Source of the DNA: Alphaproteobacteria bacterium
GTDB taxonomy: Bacteria > Pseudomonadota > Alphaproteobacteria > JAJUGE01
DNA length: 64,000 bases
Assembly: GCA_029268305.1 (NCBI GenBank)
Contig: JAJUGE010000005.1
Coordinates: 28,969 to 92,968 of the forward strand
Reading direction: 5' to 3'
Part shown: one piece after another, positions 17,787-26,332 of the stretch
Numbering within the stretch: position 1 is the stretch's first letter
How the letters are laid out: each line of letters starts with the position of its first letter
Position numbers and translations under genes: made by a program
Notes under the pieces: generated by a model
The model's input: the letters and a program-made list of their open reading frames with translations, nothing else
The model's database searches: none
What the model was told of the DNA's origin: nothing

Positions 17787-17824
17787 AAAAGCCGGCCCGC
17801 CATGGCGTGGCCGGCTTTTCATTT
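17787..17824 (+). terminator. Rho-independent terminator after the bactofilin gene
   Basis: An 11-bp perfect stem, AAAAGCCGGCC (17787..17797) / GGCCGGCTTTT (17809..17819), followed by a T-rich tail TTTTCATTT. Confidence 0.75.
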
Positions 17825-17923
17825 CCGGAAGCGGCGGGGGAGCGCCAAGGAACAGCCTTTAGGGGAACGTTAAGGCCGGAGCCGACATCCTCCAGTGTTC
17901 GCTGCTACTGACGGGATCGATCC

Positions 17924-18070
17924 ATGGCCAGAGCCTACGTGGAATGCACGCCACATCTCGCTCTCGAGCCGGTCAGCCGATGGAAGCGAGTCGGAGTCGC
18001 TTGGACGGCCGTCTGCTTCAACTTCTCGCTCTGGGGCGCGTTCCTCTGGTCGGTGGGCCTCGTCGGCTGA
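17924..18070 (+). CDS. Candidate 48-aa single-TM micro-protein upstream of the sodium channel gene
   Basis: It is below the ORF-track size cutoff. The product is MARAYVECTPHLALEPVSRWKRVGVAWTAVCFNFSLWGAFLWSVGLVG. I counted 39 of 48 codons ending in G/C, which is coding-like for this genome. The RBS is weak and I recognise no family. Confidence 0.3.
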   Translation: MARAYVECTPHLALEPVSRWKRVGVAWTAVCFNFSLWGAFLWSVGLVG

Positions 18071-18185
18071 ATACGCCGCAAGGAATTGCGCCCTTCTGCC
18101 TTCGCGCCTCGATCGCGCAGGTCATTGCAAGCCGCTGCTCCGTCACCTAATAGAGCGCCGCTGATAAACTGGTGGCAGGGGCGAG

Positions 18186-19085
18186 ATGACCGCAGCGGAT
18201 GGGTCGGAACATGGCAGGGCGTGCGCAGACGGCGGCTTGAGAGCTCACGCATGCCGCATTGTCACCGCGGTCTCGTTCCAGAACTTCATCACCGGCGTCA
18301 TCCTCGTGAACGCGATCACGCTCGGGCTGGAGACGTCCAATGAAGCGATGGCCGCCGCGGGCGGACTGTTGCACGCACTCGACAGGATCGCGCTCGCCAT
18401 CTTCGTCGTCGAACTCGCGCTCAAGCTCTTCGCGTGGCGGCTGCGGTTCTTCCGCGACGGATGGAACGTCTTCGACCTCCTGATCGTAGGAATAGCCCTC
18501 GTGCCCGCAGCCGGTGCGCTTTCGGTGCTGCGAGCGTTGCGCATCCTGCGAATCCTCCGGCTTCTCTCGGTCGTGCCAAGCATGCGACGGGTCGTCTCCT
18601 CGCTGCTCGGCGCATTGCCCGGAATGGGGTCGATCATTGCCGTCCTCTTTCTGGTGTATTACGTCAGCGGCGTACTGGCGACGAAGCTCTACGGCGACTC
18701 TTTCCCGGATTGGTTCGGCACCATCGGCGCCTCCATGTACACGCTCTTCCAGATCATGACTCTGGAGAGCTGGTCGATGGGCATAGTTCGGCCGGTGATG
18801 GAGGTTCACCCTTACGCCTGGGTCTTCTTCCTGCCCTTCATCGTGCTGACCAGCTTCATGGTGCTGAACCTGTTCATCGCCATCATCGTCGGATCGATGC
18901 AGGCGCTGCACGACGCCGAAATGGCGAAGGCGACTGAAGCGCGCGAGGCGGCGGCCCATCGTGAGCGGGCGGAGATCGAGGCGCGGGCACATGCGGAGCG
19001 GAAGGAGACAGCGGAGCTCGTCCGGTCGATGCACAACGAGCTGCGGGAGCTGAGAAAGCTGCTGGAGAGCTGGCAGAAGGTCTGA
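18186..19085 (+). CDS. Bacterial voltage-gated sodium channel (BacNav; NaChBac/NavAb family), single 6-TM domain
   Basis: The 299-aa product has an S4 with four Arg at every third position (LRALRILRILRLL). Its pore and selectivity filter, FQIMTLESWSMGIVRPVM, matches the TLESWS filter of NaChBac/NavAb. It also has a charged helical C-terminal tail (coiled-coil neck). Confidence 0.9.
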   Translation: MTAADGSEHGRACADGGLRAHACRIVTAVSFQNFITGVILVNAITLGLETSNEAMAAAGGLLHALDRIALAIFVVELALKLFAWRLRFFRDGWNVFDLLIVGIALVPAAGALSVLRALRILRILRLLSVVPSMRRVVSSLLGALPGMGSIIAVLFLVYYVSGVLATKLYGDSFPDWFGTIGASMYTLFQIMTLESWSMGIVRPVMEVHPYAWVFFLPFIVLTSFMVLNLFIAIIVGSMQALHDAEMAKATEAREAAAHRERAEIEARAHAERKETAELVRSMHNELRELRKLLESWQKV

Positions 19086-19107
19086 AGGGGCAGCGGCTCT
19101 CGGGCGC

Positions 19108-19902
19108 TCAGCCGCCCGCCTTGGGAAACTGCAGCAGAAGCACGTCCGCGCCGCCCGTTCCGGCTGTCAGCTCAAGTGTCGGCGAGTCGGGTGGGATGAA
19201 GAGGGCGGAGAGGCGTCCGCATACGCTGCCGCCGTGGAAAATGGAGCCGGCGGTCACCAGGAGCGACTGACCGCTGCCTGCCGACGGAGGTGGTGTGTTC
19301 ACGGAGCCTCCGGGCGGCAGCCTGAACATGAGCACGGTCAGGCCGCCGTCGCCGGAGAGCACCTGCTCGATCTCGACTTTCTGGCGGCCGCTCAGCGCTT
19401 CTTCCGTACTGGTTACCGGCGGCGCCAGCTCATAACGCCAAGGTGCAGGCCGGCGCCGGGCCCGTGCCGCCGGCATGAACTGGGCTCCGGTCGTGTCGGC
19501 GCTCGCTCGCAGCGTGAAATAGCTGAGGCCCTGGTCGCTCGGCAGGATCGGCCCGTAAGGTGTGTTCGCCCCGGCGAAATGCACCATGATCGGGGTCAGG
19601 ACGTGCTTCCCGATCCGGCCGCTGCCGCCGACGACGACCTGAAACTGGTCCACATAATGGAAGTGGGCGTGGACGGTGGCTCCGGGCTCCTGCTCAACGA
19701 GGAAGGCCTGCGGGGGGCGGATCTCTCCGGGCTTCGGTTCGACAAACTCCGGCCCTCCGGCGCTACCGGGATCTACCGAGCCCGAATCGACCGGCGAAGG
19801 CGGCGGACCGAAGAAGTCGGTGCGCCAGATAGCGGCACCTTCAGGCGTGCGCCGGGCGAAGCGGCTGGGCGCCGCGTCGGCAGCGGTCCTGGCGAAGATC
19901 AT
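19108..19902 (-). CDS. Hypothetical protein with a cupin-like motif
   Basis: Track ORF of 264 aa. GATVHAHFHYVDQFQVVVGG resembles cupin motif 1 (HxH...D/E...G). I recognise no specific family. Confidence 0.5.
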   Translation of the reverse strand: MIFARTAADAAPSRFARRTPEGAAIWRTDFFGPPPSPVDSGSVDPGSAGGPEFVEPKPGEIRPPQAFLVEQEPGATVHAHFHYVDQFQVVVGGSGRIGKHVLTPIMVHFAGANTPYGPILPSDQGLSYFTLRASADTTGAQFMPAARARRRPAPWRYELAPPVTSTEEALSGRQKVEIEQVLSGDGGLTVLMFRLPPGGSVNTPPPSAGSGQSLLVTAGSIFHGGSVCGRLSALFIPPDSPTLELTAGTGGADVLLLQFPKAGG

Positions 19903-19934
19903 TCCTGCCTCCGTGCGTGCGAGACCGCTGAAGA

Positions 19935-21524
19935 CTAAATCACCTGCTCCTTGGTGCGGAGGAATTTCAGCTTCGGCCAGGTTTCCTCGGTGTGGCTCAG
20001 ATGCCAGGCATTGCGCGCGAGGAAAACGGGAGAGCCTTCATGGTCGTCCGCAAATGCCGCGCGATTCGCATCCTGGAATTTCTTGATCTCGCGGTGGTCG
20101 TCCGCTTCGATCCAGCGCGCGGTGTGCAGGGCGGCCCCCTCGAACCTGACGGGAATGCCGTACTCCGTACGGATGCGGTCGGCGAGAACGTCGAACTGTA
20201 GTGCCCCGACGACTCCGACGATCCAGTTCGAATCCATCAGGGGCTTGAAGACCCTGGCCACACCTTCCTCTGCGAGCTGCTGCAAGGCGCGGCCGAGGTG
20301 TTTCGCCTTCATCGGATCGTTCGCGCGCACGCGCTGCAAATGCTCGGGCGCGAAGCTCGGGATGCCGGTGAAGCGAATTTCCTCACCCTCGGTCAGTGAA
20401 TCGCCGATCTGAAGCTGTCCGTGGTTGGGAAGGCCGATGATGTCTCCGGCCCACGCCTCTTCCGCGAGCTCCCGATCCTGGGCGAGGAACAGGACAGGGT
20501 TGTGCACCGCCAATGTCTTGCCGGTGCGCACCTGCTTCAGCTTCATGCCGCGCTTGAACTGCCCCGAGCAGAGGCGAATGTAGGCGACCCGATCACGGTG
20601 TTTCGGGTCCATGTTCGCCTGAATCTTGAACACGAAACCGCTCACCTTCGACTCTTCCGGCGCCACCGCGCGGGTCGTGGACGGCTGCGGCCGGGGAGGG
20701 GGCGCATACGCGGCCAGCCCGTGCAGCAGTTCGCGAACGCCGAAATTGTTGACGGCGCTACCGAAGTAGATCGGCGTGAGGTGGCCCTCGCGATAGGACT
20801 TTTCGTCGAAGGGCGGGCAGAGGCCGCGAACCATCTCGACCTCTTCACGCAGCTTCTGCACAGCGTCAGGCGGAAGCATCTCGTCCAGCTTCGGATCGTC
20901 CAGTCCCTGGCAAGCGGCGCCCTCGTCGGGGAGCGCGCCTTTCGAACGGCCGAGCAGCACCAGCCGGTCGCGGAGCAGATCGTAGCAGCCGAGAAAATTG
21001 CGCCCCATGCCGATCGGCCAGCTCGCCGGCGTCACGTCCAGGGCGAGGGTCTGTTCGATCTCGTCGAGGAGATCGAAGGGATCGCGCGCCTCGCGGTCCA
21101 TCTTGTTGATGAAGGTCGCGATCGGCACGTCGCGCAGCCGGCAGACTTCGAACAGCTTGCGCGTCTGCTCCTCGATGCCCTTTGCGGCATCGATCACCAT
21201 CACGGCCGAGTCCACCGCCGTGAGTGTACGGTAGGTGTCCTCGCTGAAGTCCTCGTGACCCGGCGTATCGAGCAGGTTGAACGTCTTGCCGTCAAACTCG
21301 TAGGTCATGACCGAAGCGGTGACGGAGATGCCGCGCTCACGCTCGACTTTCATCCAGTCCGAGTGAGCTCGGCGCTGTTCGCCGCGGGCCTTGACGGCAC
21401 CCGCGAGCTGGATCGCGCCGCCGAACAGCAGAAGCTTTTCGGTGAGTGTGGTCTTGCCGGCGTCTGGGTGCGCGATGATCGCGAACGTTCGCCGCCGGGC
21501 GATGTCGTCAGGCAGGGTGGTCAT
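19935..21524 (-). CDS. prfC: Peptide chain release factor 3
   Basis: ATG at 21524 gives MTTLPDDIARRRTFAIIAHPDAGKTTLTEKLLLFGGAIQLAGAVKARG, with GTPase G1 (AHPDAGKT) and DTPGHEDF. The 529-aa length is typical of RF3. Confidence 0.95.
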   Translation of the reverse strand: MTTLPDDIARRRTFAIIAHPDAGKTTLTEKLLLFGGAIQLAGAVKARGEQRRAHSDWMKVERERGISVTASVMTYEFDGKTFNLLDTPGHEDFSEDTYRTLTAVDSAVMVIDAAKGIEEQTRKLFEVCRLRDVPIATFINKMDREARDPFDLLDEIEQTLALDVTPASWPIGMGRNFLGCYDLLRDRLVLLGRSKGALPDEGAACQGLDDPKLDEMLPPDAVQKLREEVEMVRGLCPPFDEKSYREGHLTPIYFGSAVNNFGVRELLHGLAAYAPPPRPQPSTTRAVAPEESKVSGFVFKIQANMDPKHRDRVAYIRLCSGQFKRGMKLKQVRTGKTLAVHNPVLFLAQDRELAEEAWAGDIIGLPNHGQLQIGDSLTEGEEIRFTGIPSFAPEHLQRVRANDPMKAKHLGRALQQLAEEGVARVFKPLMDSNWIVGVVGALQFDVLADRIRTEYGIPVRFEGAALHTARWIEADDHREIKKFQDANRAAFADDHEGSPVFLARNAWHLSHTEETWPKLKFLRTKEQVI

Positions 21525-21744
21525 GTGATCCGGTCGATTGGCAGGGAGTGCTGGGTGATATATGACGCAGTCCAATCGAATTCAAAAGCGCAACGCCCTC
21601 TGCAGCAACTCCTACACCGCTGCGCTGTTCAGCTAATCAGGTGAACCGGGCAGAGCTGCCGGTCGTCGCACGCACGATCTGCCACCGCGCGAACGAGATG
21701 GGAGGATCCGCCCGTGTTGTCAGGTATTCAGGAGGTGCCATCTC

Positions 21745-22896
21745 ATGCGCTCCACCATCAGGGGTTTCGCGTCCGGCCTCGGCATTCTGGCTCTAGTGGC
21801 CTCCGCCAGCGCCTTCGCACAGGGGCTGCCCAGGCAAATCGCCTGGACGGCCTATGACGTCGGTTCCACCGGCTATGGACAGGCCATCGCCATAGGAGCG
21901 GCGCTGAAGAACGAGCGAGGCGTGACGCTGCGCGTTCTACCCGGCAAGAACGATATCTCCCGTCTGGCCCCGCTGGCGGCGGGAAAGGTCGATTTCTCAG
22001 CCTTCGGAATCGGCGGCTACCAGGCCTCCGAAGGTGTCTTCGTCTTCGGGCGGAAGGACTGGGGCCCGCAGAGGTTGCGGCTCCTCGCCATGTCGAACGG
22101 TGATTTCTGCAACTCGATGATCGTGGCGAAGGATGTCGGGGTCGAAACCTACGCCGACCTGAAGGACAAGCGGGTCGCCTATGTCGTGGCGGCGCCGGCC
22201 CTCAATCATAACGTCTATGCCTTCCTTCGCTTCGGCGGCCTGGAGTGGGACGACGTGCGTCAGGTGACCTTCGGCGGTTATGCCGCGTCCATGACCGGGA
22301 TCGTGGAAGGCCAGGTGGATGCCGCGAACACCAACACCACCGCCGGTGTGGCGATGCAGGTGATGTCGAGCCCGCGGGGCGGCATGTACCCGCCGACCCC
22401 GCACGACGACAAGGAAGGTTGGGCCCGAATGAAAGAGGTGGCCCCCTATTTCTTCCCGTCGATGTGTTCCGAGGGCGCCGGCATCGAAGAGCCGTTCGAG
22501 GCGGCGAATTACCCCTATCCGATCCTCGTCGCCTACGAAGAGAAGGACACGGACGTGGTCTACGAGATGACCAAGGCGATGTTCGAGCTCCATCCGGTCT
22601 ACGAAGATTCAGCCCCGGGTGCGAATGGCTGGGCACTGGAGAAGCAGGTCCTGGACTGGGTCCTGCCGTATCATGAGGGCGCCATCCGCTACCTGGAGGA
22701 GGCGGGCGTGTGGAGTGGCGACCTGCAGGCGCACAATGATGCGTTGATCGAGCGGCAGGACCTGCTTCAGAAGGCGTGGGAAGCCTACATCGAGGAAGCG
22801 CCGGACGATGAGGCGGCCTTCGACCAAGGCTGGCAGAAGGCGCGGCTCGCCGCGCTGGAAGAAGCGGGGCAGAGTCCGGTTTTCACCACCTGGTGA
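21745..22896 (+). CDS. TAXI-family (TRAP-associated extracytoplasmic immunogenic) solute-binding protein with a C-terminal extension
   Basis: It has a signal peptide ...LVASASAFAQG. It also has the TAXI-like segments YDVGSTGYGQAIAIGAALK and PYHEGAIRYLEEAGVW. No TRAP or TAXI membrane component is adjacent. Confidence 0.65.
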   Translation: MRSTIRGFASGLGILALVASASAFAQGLPRQIAWTAYDVGSTGYGQAIAIGAALKNERGVTLRVLPGKNDISRLAPLAAGKVDFSAFGIGGYQASEGVFVFGRKDWGPQRLRLLAMSNGDFCNSMIVAKDVGVETYADLKDKRVAYVVAAPALNHNVYAFLRFGGLEWDDVRQVTFGGYAASMTGIVEGQVDAANTNTTAGVAMQVMSSPRGGMYPPTPHDDKEGWARMKEVAPYFFPSMCSEGAGIEEPFEAANYPYPILVAYEEKDTDVVYEMTKAMFELHPVYEDSAPGANGWALEKQVLDWVLPYHEGAIRYLEEAGVWSGDLQAHNDALIERQDLLQKAWEAYIEEAPDDEAAFDQGWQKARLAALEEAGQSPVFTTW

Positions 22897-23013
22897 GGTC
22901 CGCACCGGAGACGCGCCTATGCCGCATTGCGCCCGCTTCGCGGCTGCGGAGCGGGCCCTTGCGGGCTTCCCTGCAGCCGCGCTAATGAGACGGATGCGAA
23001 CGGGAGAGGGCGG

Positions 23014-24228
23014 ATGTACGAGCTTCTGACGGGAATGCGCGTGATCGAGGGGTCCGCGTTCGTGGCGGCACCGCTCGGCGGGATGACGCTGGCGCAACTC
23101 GGGGCCGACGTCATCCGCTTCGATGCGATCGAAGGCGGACTCGATTCCGACCGCTGGCCGGTCACCGCGGATGGGAAGAGCCTCTACTGGGCGGGGCTCA
23201 ACAAGGGCAAACGCTCCATCGCCGTCGATCTCCGGTCGGAGAAGGGCAGAGAGCTCGTCACTGCCCTGATCACCGCACCCGGCGACGATGCCGGCATTTT
23301 CCTGACCAACCTTCCGGCACGCGGATGGTTGGGCTACGAAGCGCTCTCGGCCAAGCGCCCCGATCTCATCCTGCTCAACATCACCGGTTCGCGAAGTGGC
23401 GCGCCGCAGGTCGACTATACCGTGAACGCGACGGTCGGCTTCCCGATGCTCACGGGACCCGTTGGGATCGAGGAGCCGGTGAACCAGGTGCTGCCTGCCT
23501 GGGACCTCTCGACCGGCACGACCGCCGCGGCCGGCATTCTCGCGGCCGAGCGCTATCGCCGGAAGACCGGGAAGGGCCAGCTGATCCGTCTGCCGCTGCA
23601 GGATGTGGCGCTGGCGACTGCGGGCGCGCTCGGCTACCTCTCGGAAGTGGAAATCAACGACGCCGACAGGCCCCGCTTCGGCAACCATATCTACGGCACC
23701 TTCGGTCATCACTTCCGGACCGCGGACGGCCGATGGATCATGATCTGCATCTTCACCAACCGGCAGCTCGAGGCGCTCGTCCAGTCCACTGGCCTGGGCG
23801 AAGCGTTTGCCGAGATCGAGACGCGGCTCGGTGTGAATCTGAATGTCGAGGGCGACCGCTGGCGGGCGCGCGACGCGCTGGTGGAGGCGATATCGCCCTG
23901 GGTGGCGGCGCGCACGCTCGATCAGGTGAAGTCGGAGTTGGCGCCCGGGGTTCTCTGGGGGCCGTATCAGACGTTCCGCCAACTGCTGGCGGAGGACCCG
24001 GTCGCGACGCGGGACAATCCCCTGTTCGCCCGCGTCGAGCAGCCGGGCATCGGCACGTACCTCACGCCGGGCTCGCCTCTCGACTTTGCGGCGATCGAGC
24101 GCTTGCCGCCGCGGCCGGCACCTGTCCTCGGACAGCACACCGACGAGATTCTCTCCGGCGTGCTGGGGCTCTCGGACGGGGAGATCGCCAGGCTGCACGA
24201 TGATCGGGTGGTCGCGGGTCCTCGCTGA
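23014..24228 (+). CDS. Family III CoA-transferase (CaiB/BaiF type)
   Basis: ATG at 23014 follows GGGAGAGGG. The N-terminus MYELLTGMRVIEGSAFVAAPLGGMTLAQLGADVIRFD is the typical family III N-terminus, and the 404-aa length fits. Confidence 0.9.
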   Translation: MYELLTGMRVIEGSAFVAAPLGGMTLAQLGADVIRFDAIEGGLDSDRWPVTADGKSLYWAGLNKGKRSIAVDLRSEKGRELVTALITAPGDDAGIFLTNLPARGWLGYEALSAKRPDLILLNITGSRSGAPQVDYTVNATVGFPMLTGPVGIEEPVNQVLPAWDLSTGTTAAAGILAAERYRRKTGKGQLIRLPLQDVALATAGALGYLSEVEINDADRPRFGNHIYGTFGHHFRTADGRWIMICIFTNRQLEALVQSTGLGEAFAEIETRLGVNLNVEGDRWRARDALVEAISPWVAARTLDQVKSELAPGVLWGPYQTFRQLLAEDPVATRDNPLFARVEQPGIGTYLTPGSPLDFAAIERLPPRPAPVLGQHTDEILSGVLGLSDGEIARLHDDRVVAGPR

Positions 24229-24265
24229 CTCGCCAGCGGAGAGGCTCCCAGAAGCCCGCTGCAAA

Positions 24266-24305
24266 TGCCGCAGTCATAGAACAAACTTGTACTAATACTG
24301 CGGCA
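24266..24305. promoter_or_regulatory. 9-bp perfect inverted repeat in the AT-rich spacer (terminator of the CoA-transferase gene or an operator)
   Basis: TGCCGCAGT (24266..24274) and ACTGCGGCA (24297..24305) are separated by a 22-nt AT-rich loop. Confidence 0.3.
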
Positions 24306-24317
24306 GTAGCACGCCAA

Positions 24318-24346
24318 TTAACTTTCAGTTTTATCGTTTCATTAAT
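24318..24346 (+). promoter_or_regulatory. Candidate sigma70-type promoter for the Tad-like operon
   Basis: TTAACT (24318..24323), a 17-nt spacer, then ATTAAT (24341..24346), about 80 nt upstream of ATG 24426. It lies inside an 80-nt stretch (24271..24350) that I counted at about 38% GC. Confidence 0.3.
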
Positions 24347-24425
24347 ACCGTCGGCAGATAGTTCGTAGGCATCGCGAGAAGTGTTCGCAGGGGCGCTCTC
24401 GTCGATCGCATACGGAGCTGGCGGG

Positions 24426-25853
24426 ATGATACGGCGGACCCACGGGGAATCAGGGAGGAGAGCGACGGCGCGGCTGCGTGATCTGCTGCCTGATCAGCGC
24501 GGCAATGCCACCATCTTGCTCGCCCTAATGATCACTCCGCTGCTCGCGTTCGTCGGCGTCGCCACCGACGGCGTCCTCGCGATCATGGTGCAAAGTCGCC
24601 TTCAGGCCGCCACGGACAGCGCCGCTCTTGCTGCGGGCAAGATCATGTTGTCCCAAGACGCGGAGCGCGAAGCCCGACGGATCCTGGAGGCGAACTTCGC
24701 GCCCGGTTATCTCGACACGATGCTGTCGCCGGTCGAGATCTCGGTCGACGAGACGCGGCAACACCTTGCGCTGACGGCGGAGGTCGCGCTTCCGACGCGC
24801 GTAATGCGGCTGTTCGGCAAGGAAGAGCTGACGATCGCCGCGCGGACGGTCGTTCATCGGGCCCACCGGGCATCCGAGATCGTCCTCGTCATGGATAACA
24901 CCGGCTCGATGGACTACGACGGCAAGATGCCGGCGATGAAAGCGGCGGCATTGCAACTCGTCGACAATCTGTACGGAAGCAACGAGACGAAGCCCGACCT
25001 GCTCGTCGGCGTGGTGCCCTACGTTGCGACCGTCAACATCGGCAGTGGCCGCACCAACTGGCTCGCTCCTTCCGACCGTGTGCGCACCGATCCGGGGGCA
25101 TTCGCCCCTTCCCGTTGGAAGGGCTGCGTCATGGCGCGGCCGGCCGGGCACGATCAGGACGATGTCACACCGGCGCAGGCGCCTTTCACCAGCTACTACT
25201 ATGCCTCTGCGCGGGACAACGCCTGGCCCTGGGTGGACGAGACCCAGGGGGCGAAGAACAACGGCCGTGGTCCGAACCTCGGCTGCGGCCCCGAAATCCT
25301 GCCGCTCGTCGCCGAGAAGTCGAGGGTCAAGGCGGCCATCGAGGGGATGGCGCCGTGGCACCGGGGGGGCACGCTCGGGAGTCTCGGGTTGGTCTGGGGC
25401 TGGCGTGTGATCTCTCCCAACTGGCGTGGCCTCTGGAGTGAGACGCCGGTCGACCATCCCGTCGACTACGGGCACGACAGGACCGACAAGATCGTGGTCA
25501 TGCTCACGGACGGTGAGAACCAGCTCTACGACTGGCCGGAAGACGGCGCCGGTCCCGGCGGCTCGGACTTCTCCGCTTACGGGCGTCTGCACGACTTCGG
25601 CTACTCGACCCTGGCCGCAGCGCGCGCCGAAGTGGATCGTCGGATGGAAACGATCTGTGGCCGGATGAAGCAGGAGGGCATCGTGCTCTACACGATCACC
25701 TTCGGCCCCGAGCCTAGCGCCAGCACGCAGAACCTGTACAGACGCTGCGCCTCGGCTCCCGCCAATTACTTCCACGCGCCAACCAACGAATCTCTCGCCG
25801 ACGCATTCCAGGAGATCGGCGGAAGGCTCAGCCAATTGAGGATAGTGCAATGA
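24426..25853 (+). CDS. TadG-like pilus-associated protein with a von Willebrand factor A domain
   Basis: The N-terminal Tad/TadE-type hydrophobic segment RGNATILLALMITPLLAFVGVATDG is followed by a vWA MIDAS-like VLVMDNTGSMD. The start is either ATG 24426 (GGAG upstream) or GTG 24381. Confidence 0.8.
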   Translation: MIRRTHGESGRRATARLRDLLPDQRGNATILLALMITPLLAFVGVATDGVLAIMVQSRLQAATDSAALAAGKIMLSQDAEREARRILEANFAPGYLDTMLSPVEISVDETRQHLALTAEVALPTRVMRLFGKEELTIAARTVVHRAHRASEIVLVMDNTGSMDYDGKMPAMKAAALQLVDNLYGSNETKPDLLVGVVPYVATVNIGSGRTNWLAPSDRVRTDPGAFAPSRWKGCVMARPAGHDQDDVTPAQAPFTSYYYASARDNAWPWVDETQGAKNNGRGPNLGCGPEILPLVAEKSRVKAAIEGMAPWHRGGTLGSLGLVWGWRVISPNWRGLWSETPVDHPVDYGHDRTDKIVVMLTDGENQLYDWPEDGAGPGGSDFSAYGRLHDFGYSTLAAARAEVDRRMETICGRMKQEGIVLYTITFGPEPSASTQNLYRRCASAPANYFHAPTNESLADAFQEIGGRLSQLRIVQ

Positions 25854-26332
25854 AGGCGATGAAACGGACGCTCCGCCGCTTCAGGGGCGACTCCGAAGGC
25901 AACGCCACCATCGAGTTCGCGCTGCTCATCCCCGCTCTCGGCCTCGTGCTCGGGATGGCGATCGAGATCTCGGCGATGGTTCTGGCGGAAGGACTGTTGG
26001 AATCGGCGGCTATGAAAACCGCCAGGATCGCCAGCACCGGCTATACCTCGGAAGGAAAGTCGCGCGAGCAGACGATCCAGGAGTACCTCGCGAGGGAGAC
26101 CTTCGGCCTCCTGTCGCCGCTTCGGGTCGCGGTCGCGTCGAAAGCCTATCCGAGCTACTCCGAGCTGGAAGCAAACCCTGAAGGCGGAGTCGCGGGCTTC
26201 GGCGGCCCCAACGATGTGGTTCGCTACAGCTTCAGCTATCCATGGGACGGTCTGACGCCTCTGCTCAAGGGTGTGCTCGGCGCCCAGGTGCTGACCGCTT
26301 CCGTCGCCGTCCGCAACGAACCGTTCGAATGA
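25850..26332 (+). CDS. TadE-like pseudopilin family protein
   Basis: The 160-aa product has GNATIEFALLIPALGLVLGMAIE, the TadE N-terminal motif. Its ATG overlaps the TadG stop as ATGA. Confidence 0.8.
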   Translation: MKAMKRTLRRFRGDSEGNATIEFALLIPALGLVLGMAIEISAMVLAEGLLESAAMKTARIASTGYTSEGKSREQTIQEYLARETFGLLSPLRVAVASKAYPSYSELEANPEGGVAGFGGPNDVVRYSFSYPWDGLTPLLKGVLGAQVLTASVAVRNEPFE

